Origin: Eledone cirrhosa
Taxonomy: Eukaryota
Assembly: GCA_964016885.1 (NCBI GenBank)
Contig: OZ024763.1
Coordinates: 30,380,001-30,444,000 of the forward strand
DNA length: 64,000 nt
Direction of reading: 5' to 3'
Shown: one piece after another, positions 55,703-64,000 of the stretch
Layout: every line of letters begins with the position of its first letter
Numbering within the stretch: the first letter of the stretch is position 1
Program-made: the position numbers and the translations under genes
Notes under the pieces: model-generated
What the model saw: only the letters and a program-made list of their open reading frames with translations
The model's database searches: none
Told to the model about the DNA's origin: nothing

Positions 55703-55954
55703 ATATATATATATATATATATATATTGTTATATTTGGGGAGGGTCATATTTGCGTAATATTGCCAGAATTAATAACAGAACACACTCACTGTTTGGTTG
55801 GTTTTCGCTTCTCGCTGTCTTTTATATATATATATCTGCGATCTAACTTACTCGGTCCTCAATGTTGCCATTGACTGACCGGCGGTCAAAAATAATACAG
55901 ATACAATATAGACACAAACACATATATATAGTTTACAAAACTAATTCATCGCCG

Positions 55955-55997
<43 letters not shown>

Positions 55998-56061
55998 AAA
56001 TATGAGGAAATGATATACCCTATCAAAAATATAGTGTATTTCCTGGCATCGAAGACATTAT

Positions 56062-56118
<57 letters not shown>

Positions 56119-56585
56119 AACTGCTGCTGATGTTCCATTGTTCCACTGTTCATTCATTAATAATGCAACAACAACAATAAGAAGAAGAATACTCCTTGTA
56201 TTCTCCTATTTCTCATTATTCCAGCCATTCATAGAGAACTCTCTTCAACCGTTGGTTGATTGGTCAACAATCAAACCCAACACACCACACCCCACCACCA
56301 GAACCAACAATACCACCGCCACTACCACCTCAACACCAACACCATCACCTCTACCCCCACACCACACCACCAGAACTACCACCACTAATGCTTATTTCCT
56401 TGCCCCCAAACCACCAGAACCAACAATACCATCACTCCACTACTACCTCACCACTATCACCACCAACGCCTCCTCCTCCACCACCACTCCACCACACCAC
56501 CAGAACTACCACCGCCGCCACCACCAAGGCTTATCACTGGTCCTTATCAATCATATCTTGAAAAATCCATTATCTATTCAGGTTA

Positions 56586-56663
56586 TAACTACCTCTACCA
56601 CTACTACTACCACTACTACCACTACCACTACTACCACTAATACTACTACCACTACTACCACTT

Positions 56664-56694
<31 letters not shown>

Positions 56695-56962
56695 CACTTC
56701 TACTACTACTAGTACTACTACTACTACCACCACTACCACCACCACTACTACCACCACCACCACCACCACCACCACTATTACTACCACCACTACCACTACT
56801 ACCACTTCTACTACTACTACTATCACTACTACAACTACTACCACCACTACTACTACTACTACCACCATTGCTACTACCGCCACCACCACCACTATTACTA
56901 CCACCACTACCACTACTACTACTACCACCACCACCACCACCACGTGCATTACTACTACTACA
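56586..56962. repeat. (ACT/ACC)n triplet array
   Basis: Directly visible. Confidence 0.9.
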
Positions 56963-57258
56963 ACCTTTAGACACACACCAACCCACCCCTACACACACCA
57001 ACTCTTCTAAGTTTCCTCTATTTGATCTCAACCTCCTTAAACTTTATTCCCTGAGGGTGTTAGTAAGGAGTCTAAGGGTCTATAGAAGATCTTAAGGGAT
57101 GAGAGTGTGGGGTGATGAGGGAGCCAGTGTAAATGAGGTTAAAGGGGTCCCAACCCTTTTTAAACCCACTTCAAATTTAAGTGGGCTAGAAAGAGAAATA
57201 TGCAAAGGTTTACTCTGCTAAATATTTTCACAGGTAGTATTTGTAGAATTAAACTATC

Positions 57259-57295
<37 letters not shown>

Positions 57296-57784
57296 CTTAT
57301 GTCTGGGGTGTGTGTGTCTGTGTGTCTGTGTGTCTGTTCATTGAAGTTTAGTGGTTCACCACTGGATAGAACTGGTCGGCTGGTCATGCCTTATAGTTAA
57401 CCGTGATGTAATAGTAGGAAAAAGCACTCTACACCGTGCAACTCATCCATCTTTGATGTTGAATCCTGTTGGTGGTGCGGGAACGGAGTTAATTATTATT
57501 GAATAAATTAGGGCAGTGGATTGGCAGTATCGGTAGAGCGTCAGACGCCATGCTTTGCAACAAAGAGTTATGGCTCTTTACGGTGTGAGTTCAAATCCCA
57601 CCGAGGTTAACTTTGCCTTTATATACACATATATATATATATATATATACCCACACACAGGGGTAGTGGGACGGGGGGTGTATTTTATATATATATATAT
57701 AGTGTCAAGAGATTCTGTAGAAAGGATGAAGGGAAAAAAGCACTGAAATATTATTACTGCCTGTTCAATTGTTCACAATTGATT

Positions 57785-57838
57785 GCTACCTTAGGTTTCA
57801 AAACATGCCTCTGTGTTAGCCATAAAGTTTTATCAGGC
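57785..57838 (-). ncRNA. Degenerate HHR motif
   Basis: Minus strand GC-CTGATAA-aac...gtttt-GAAAC-CTAAG-GTA-GC (G8->A, only a 2-bp stem I). Confidence 0.4.
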
Positions 57839-60240
57839 TTTACTTGTTTACTTGGGAATTCTTTTCATCGGGCAAGTAGATAAAATGGCTGACATTACTT
57901 CATAAGAGATCTCATGAGATTAAAGGGTGGTATATAAGCTAGGTATTGTATGGTTAAGGAAGAGGAGTAACACCGATATTTATATATACTTAATTTTATA
58001 TGTACTATATATATTGGTAATTGGTTTTGATGATGATGAAACAAGCAGTAAAATCTATTTCCTATAAAAGGAAAGCATCCACATAGATATATATATAACA
58101 CAAACACACTACCCAACAGACACAAAACGCACACACACACAGAGGAGAAAATGTAACCAATTCTTTTTTTTTTTGTTAAGAACCTAAACCAACCAAAGAA
58201 AATAAAAGAAATCGCGCACATACACACTCACAAGAAAACATACACGTGCACACACACATACATACATACACACACAAGAAAAAACACATAAACACACATG
58301 AGAAAAAAACATACACATACACATTCACACAAGAAAACACACACACAGACACATACATACAAGAAAAAACATGCACATACATACAAGAAAAAACATGCAC
58401 ATTCACACAAGACAAAACATACACACATACACACAAGACAAAACACACACAAGAAAAAAACATACACATACATACATACACACACATTCACATACACACA
58501 GGGGGGAAAAAAAGACGGATTCTTTGAGTGAAGTCACAACAAAGATACAATCGATTCTTTGTATAGTGGAATGGTGTAAAACTGATTTCTCTTAAAACAC
58601 ACATATATATACAAAGAACATAAAATTGATTTTACAGGTGACCTTGGCAAACATATCAAGTGGCATTTCAATATCTTTTTATCTGCGGAGGTAGGCAGAG
58701 AATAGAGAAGTGCGGGTGGATGATGTGATGGTGGATTTAGACATAATACACTTTTGTGGTATAGTAACCCTTTCTATACAATATTTTTTCGAAACTTTTA
58801 ACTTGCTGTCTTTCTCGTGAAAGATGCTGGCATATGATTTTCAAATCATTTTGAAAATAATCGAGAAATTTGGAGAGATTTAGTAAGATAACTTTCTCAT
58901 TATTAAGCTGACATTTGGAGAATAACTTAACACTTTCTTTACCATTGAAAGACATTGTCTGTGATTATTAGAATCATTTTGAAAATAATCGAGAAATTTG
59001 GAGAGATTTAGTAAGATAACTATCTTTCTCGTTATTAAGCTGGCATTTGGAGTATAAATAACTTAACATTCTCTTTACAATTGAAAGACACTATCTGCAA
59101 TTTTCAAATCATTTTGAAAAAAAATTGAGAAATTTGGAGAGATTTAGTAAAGTGACTAACTTTCTCATTATTAAGCTGGTGTTTGGAACTTAACTTAACA
59201 AAGGTTCTTACATAAAATTATAATAAGAGGCTATTAAATAAATATAAACACCTTAACCATTCCAAAGAAACTGTCTATGATTTTCAAATCATTTTGAAAA
59301 TAATCAAGAATTTGGAGAGGTTTAGTAATATAACTTTTTGGTGTTAGGAACATAACTTAACAAAGGTTCTTGCATAAAATTATCATGAGAAGTTGTTAAA
59401 TAAATATAAACACCTTAACCATTCCAAAGACACTGTCTGTGATTTTCAAATCATTTTGAAAGTAATCAAGAATCTTGATGGGTTTACTAATATAACATTT
59501 TGGTGTTTGGAACATAACTTAACAAAGGTACTTACATAAAACTATGGTGAGAGGTTATTAACCCTTTACCATTCACATTACTCTCTATATATTATTATAT
59601 TTTCATGGTAAAGGCTTTATCTCGCATAATATCGAATCTATGAGATTTTGAAAGTATTTATTTTGAGAACAATACCTTAACATCAGTTTGAGCAACCAGT
59701 TACAGCCAGTTTCAACAGGAAAAGGTAGAGAATTCTGGCCGGTTTGAACATTAAAGAGTTAAATAAATATAAACACTAACTTTTTCAAAGATACTGACTA
59801 TGATTTTTAAATCATTTCGAAAATAATCAAGAAATTTGGAGAGATTTAGTAATATAACCAACTTTCTCATAATTAAGCTGGTGTTTGGAACATAACTTAA
59901 CAAAGGTTCTTACTAAGGCTGACAGAGCATCTTACAGAAACATCTATGTACAGTAAGACCGGAAGTGGTTTCAGGCAGGGTTCATGCTGTTCTTTCTTGA
60001 GTTTTTTTATATACAATCGACAAGATCCCAGACCTCATTACCTTACTGGGTGAGGTGGGACTCATCAAATCGAACCAAGGAAACAATGTTTCCATTGGTC
60101 TTTCCATTGCTGATACTATCTACCAGTTGCAACTCCTGCCTGGCAGAAAAAGTAACATGATATAAAGGACATAACATATTGCCGGGCCCAGGATTCGAAC
60201 TCACAACCTCACAATTGTGAATCCAATTCTCTAAACGCTC

Positions 60241-60555
60241 ATTATCATCATCATCATCATTCGTCCACTACTGTCGAGATGATGGATCTCACTCTCATGC
60301 CCCAGAATTCCCTGTCCCCCATCGCTGCCCCCAGGTCCCGTCTACTGATTCCCGTTTCCCTTAGAGATAACGTCAGGGAATGACAGCTTCCTACTCCTAG
60401 TCAGGCTGGAGTCAGGGTTCCAGAGCAAGAGAGCGGATATGATTTCATTGCTGGCACGGTGACAGTGGCCAGCAAATTGAGCTCTCCGGGATTTTAGAAG
60501 GGCAGAGGCTCGAGGGAGTTTGCCATAGATTTTAGACAAGGTGGGATGTCGTTTC
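60241..60555 (-). mobile_element. RTE LINE 3' fragment with (GAT)n tail
   Basis: SKIYGKLPRASALLKSRRAQFAGHCHRASNEIISALLLWNP...MRVRSI; (CAT)n at 60243-60260. Confidence 0.75.
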
Positions 60556-62119
60556 TTACCTTAATTAGAAATATGGTAACGAATGGCTTAACATATTTTG
60601 AAACAAGCAACAACATCCCAGACCTTAGTCACTTACTGGATGAGGTGGAACTCATCAAATCGGACCAAGGAAACAATGTTTCCATTGGTCTTTCCATTGC
60701 TGATACTATCTACTGATCACAACTCCTGGCAGACGCAACAACCAACAACATGAAATAAAGTGTCTTGCCTAAGGACATAACACAACACCCGACCTGGGAA
60801 TCAAACCTGCAACCTCACGATTCAATTGCAAATCCAATTTTCTAACCACTAAGCAGCATGTCTGTCTATTCTTTTAGGGCTACCTGTTACAACATCTGAC
60901 CCATATTATTCCTTCAGAATCAACCATCTTTATTCAAGCTCTGTTGATGTTTGATGCGGCTATCTTAGACTCATGTGATTCTTAGAGAGATGTAATGGCT
61001 GAATGGAACCAAAGAAAGAAAAAAACACAATCACACACACATATACATACACACACACACACACTCACACACAGACACACACACACACACACAAACCCCC
61101 CCACAACCAAAACACAAACACACATACACACAAGCCCCCCCCCCCACAAAAAAACACACACCCACACACAAAAAAACCCACCCAAAATACAAAACACACA
61201 CACACATACACACACTCACACACAGACACAGACACACACACACCCACAAACAAAACACAAACACACATACACATACACACAAGCCCCCCCCAAAAAAAAC
61301 ACACACACACACCCACACACAAAAAAACCCACCCAAAATACAAAACACACACACATACACACACTCACACACAAAACCCCCCCAAAACAAAACACAAATA
61401 CACATACACACACACAAACACACACACACTCAAACTCACTCGCACACACACAAACCCTCCCCAAAACAAAACACAAATACACATACACACACACAAACAC
61501 AAACACACACACACACACACTCAAACTCACTCACACACACACACAAACCCTCCCCAAAAATGCATTCCCTGTAACAATTGTTGAAAACTGCCATCTTGGC
61601 TCTCAGAGAAAAAGAGCCAGAATTCTTTCCATATCGGAGATAAAACTGCAAATAGGAAATTGTATTTCTATGGAAACTCATGTCTTGGAGGAAAAGTTAT
61701 GTGGTGAGGTGATGGTGGTGATGAGGAGGTTGGCGAGTCGGTGGCGGTGGTGCTTTACCATCGGGGTGTGTGTGGGGTTGGGGGGCGGGGGGGCTTTAGG
61801 TTGGTGCTGGAATATCTGAAACTGAAAGTTGGGCTGAAGATTTATTTAACTGTTATTGGAAAGGAAGAGAGAGAGGGGGATGAGGAGAGAGTGGGAGAGA
61901 GTGTGTGTGTGAGAGACAGAAAGAGAGAGGGATAAAGAGAGAGTGTGTGTGTGAGAGTCGGAAAAAGAGAGACAGAGAGAGAGAGAGAGTGTGTATGTGT
62001 ATGTGTGAGAGACAGAAAGAGAGAGCCAGAGGGAGAGAGATTGAGAGAGACATAGGAGAGAAAGAGAGAGATTGAAAGGAGAGTGTGTGAGACAGAGAGA
62101 GATTGAGAGAGAGAGATTA

Positions 62120-62171
<52 letters not shown>

Positions 62172-62874
62172 GGCAAATTTTATCAAGTCAATGGACCTCA
62201 ACTGAAGCTGACAGAACATCTTATATATAATCAATGGTGTGTGTACATATGTGTGTGTTGTGTGTGGGTGGTGTGTGTACATATGTGTGTGTAGTGTGTG
62301 GTGTGTGTGTGTGGTGTGTGTACATGTGTGTAGTGTGTGTACATATGTGTGTGGTGTGTGTACATGTGTGTGGTGTGTATACATGTGTGTGTGTGTGGTG
62401 TGTGTACATGTGTGTGTGGTGTGTGTACATGTGTGTGTGTGTGTGTACATATATATATGTGTGTATGTACATGTATATGTGTATGTGTATGCATATATGT
62501 ACGTGCGTGTACATATGTGTGTATGTGTCCATAGATATGTGTGTGAAGGGATAGGGAAAGAGAGCGACCAGGTGTGTATATATATATATATCCAGGTGTC
62601 ATCATCATCATCATCACCGTTTTACGTCCGTTCTTCCACGCTAGCATGGGTTAGACGGGTTGTCCTGTTGTGGGCAGTGTCTGGTCGGCTGACCATGCCT
62701 TGCTCATACAGGAACTGATCTGGCTTGATTTCTACAGCTGGATGCCCTTCCTAACACCAACCTCATTTACAGTGAGTGCTGGGTGCTTTTTCGTGGCGCC
62801 TACACGTCCACTTTACAGTGTGGGCTGGGTGCTTTTTTGCCGTGGCACCTCCACGACCATATATATATATATAC

Positions 62875-62907
<33 letters not shown>

Positions 62908-63244
62908 GGGAAAGAGAGAGACCAGGTATATATATATATATATATCATCATCATCATCATCACCGTTTTACGTCCGTTCTTCCACGCTAGCATGGGTTAG
63001 ACGGGTTGTCCTGTTGTGGGCAGTGTCTGGTCGGCTGACCATGCCTTGCTCATACAGGAACTGATCTGGCTTGATTTCTACAGCTGGATGCCCTTCCTAA
63101 CACCAACCTCATTTACAGTGAGTGCTGGGTGCTTTTTCGTGGCGCCTACACGTCCACTTTACAGTGTGGGCTGGGTGCTTTTTTGCCGTGGCACCTCCAC
63201 GACCACCTTGCGGTGGGGGGGGGGGGGCATATTGTTTATATGCT

Positions 63245-64000
63245 TCAGCATGTACCCATGGGAGGTCGGGTACCCTGTATTACTGCGTGACGCCAGAAGT
63301 CACGGTCGTGTGTCATTGACTTTGAGAGGTGTAGTTGGGTAAGGTCGGCTTTTATCACCTCATCCCAAGTCATCTTGGGTCTCCCCACTCCGCGGTTTCC
63401 ATCAACTTCTAGTGCTCTGCACCTTTTTATGCAGCTGTCATCCTTCATACGCATCACATGTCCATACCAGCGTAACCGCCTCTCCTGCACGCAGCATTTG
63501 ATTCCTCTTATGCTCAGTCTCTCTCTCAATTCATTTATGCTTTGTCGTTCACGTATATTACTGTTACACATCCATCGGAGCATGCAGGCTTCGTTTCTCT
63601 CTAATCTACGTAAGTCTTCCACCTTCAGCGCCCAGGTCTCACTACCATGCAACATCGCTGTTCGGATACACGCATCATACAGTCTGCCTTTCATTCTGAG
63701 GGAGAAGCCTTTTGCAGCTAGCAGTGGTAGTAGTTCCCTAAACTTCTTCCATCCCGTTCTTACCCTAGTTATTGTACTTTCTGAGCACCCACCTCCGTTG
63801 CTAATTCGGTCACCTAGGTAGCAGAAGCTGTCTACTGTTTCTACAGGGCCCTCCCAGAGATTGGTGGTACTTGTTTCCTGTGGCTGTTTGCTTGCTGTTT
63901 CAGCACAGCTGCTGCATGTGAATCCTACATTCTTAATTAAGCTTCCTGAGATCCCGCTACATCTCTTGTGTACCCATTGTTTGCATTTGGGGCAGAGAAT
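63245..64000 (-). CDS. RTE/RTEX-clade LINE ORF2 C-terminal part (PHD-like Cys/His cluster, FCYLG thumb motif, RLRWYGHV), open to the window edge
   Basis: Stop-free frame 64000->63245: ILCPKCKQWVHKRC...FTCSSC...VETVDSFCYLGDRIS...RVRTGWKKF...KGRLYDACIRTAMLHGSETW...RRLRWYGHVMRM...GRPKMTW...DRDFWR. Confidence 0.9.
   Translation of the reverse strand: MLCPKCKQWVHKRCSGISGSLIKNVGFTCSSCAETASKQPQETSTTNLWEGPVETVDSFCYLGDRISNGGGCSESTITRVRTGWKKFRELLPLLAAKGFSLRMKGRLYDACIRTAMLHGSETWALKVEDLRRLERNEACMLRWMCNSNIRERQSINELRERLSIRGIKCCVQERRLRWYGHVMRMKDDSCIKRCRALEVDGNRGVGRPKMTWDEVIKADLTQLHLSKSMTHDRDFWRHAVIQGTRPPMGTC

Noticed and set aside
58637-58690. Possible exon (TTTTACAG...GAG|GTAGGC); similarly 3110-3157 on the minus strand
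   Set aside because: Weak polypyrimidine tracts and no recognisable peptide.
63375-63821. 148-aa + strand ORF
   Set aside because: Antisense shadow of the RTE ORF2.

Overview
Gene-poor, AT-rich animal DNA; the repeat content suggests a coleoid cephalopod, probably an octopus. It is dominated by (TA)n/(CA)n/(GA)n/triplet microsatellites, several tRNA-derived SINE families, RTE-clade LINE 3' fragments (one with an uninterrupted ORF2 C-terminus running off the right edge), a Tx1/L1 zinc-knuckle remnant, TTAA- and TA-flanked MITEs and three large minisatellites (28, 81 and 104 bp units). Almost all ORFs in the supplied track are microsatellite artefacts, and no host protein-coding gene can be supported (one candidate 50-nt exon at 38058-38107). 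The notable signal is about 20 complete, half or degenerate type-I hammerhead ribozyme (HHR) motifs, found by eye, mostly in long fold-back inverted repeats inserted into (TA)n tracts, i.e. Penelope-like-element/retrozyme architecture. The best case is 29622-31631: three near-identical head-to-tail 591-bp non-coding units, each with a U3-A8 variant HHR and a palindromic (dimer-type) stem III, plus an inverted arm. This is a candidate young retrozyme able to yield 591-nt monomer/circular RNAs. All ribozyme calls are from manual motif and pairing inspection; activity is untested.
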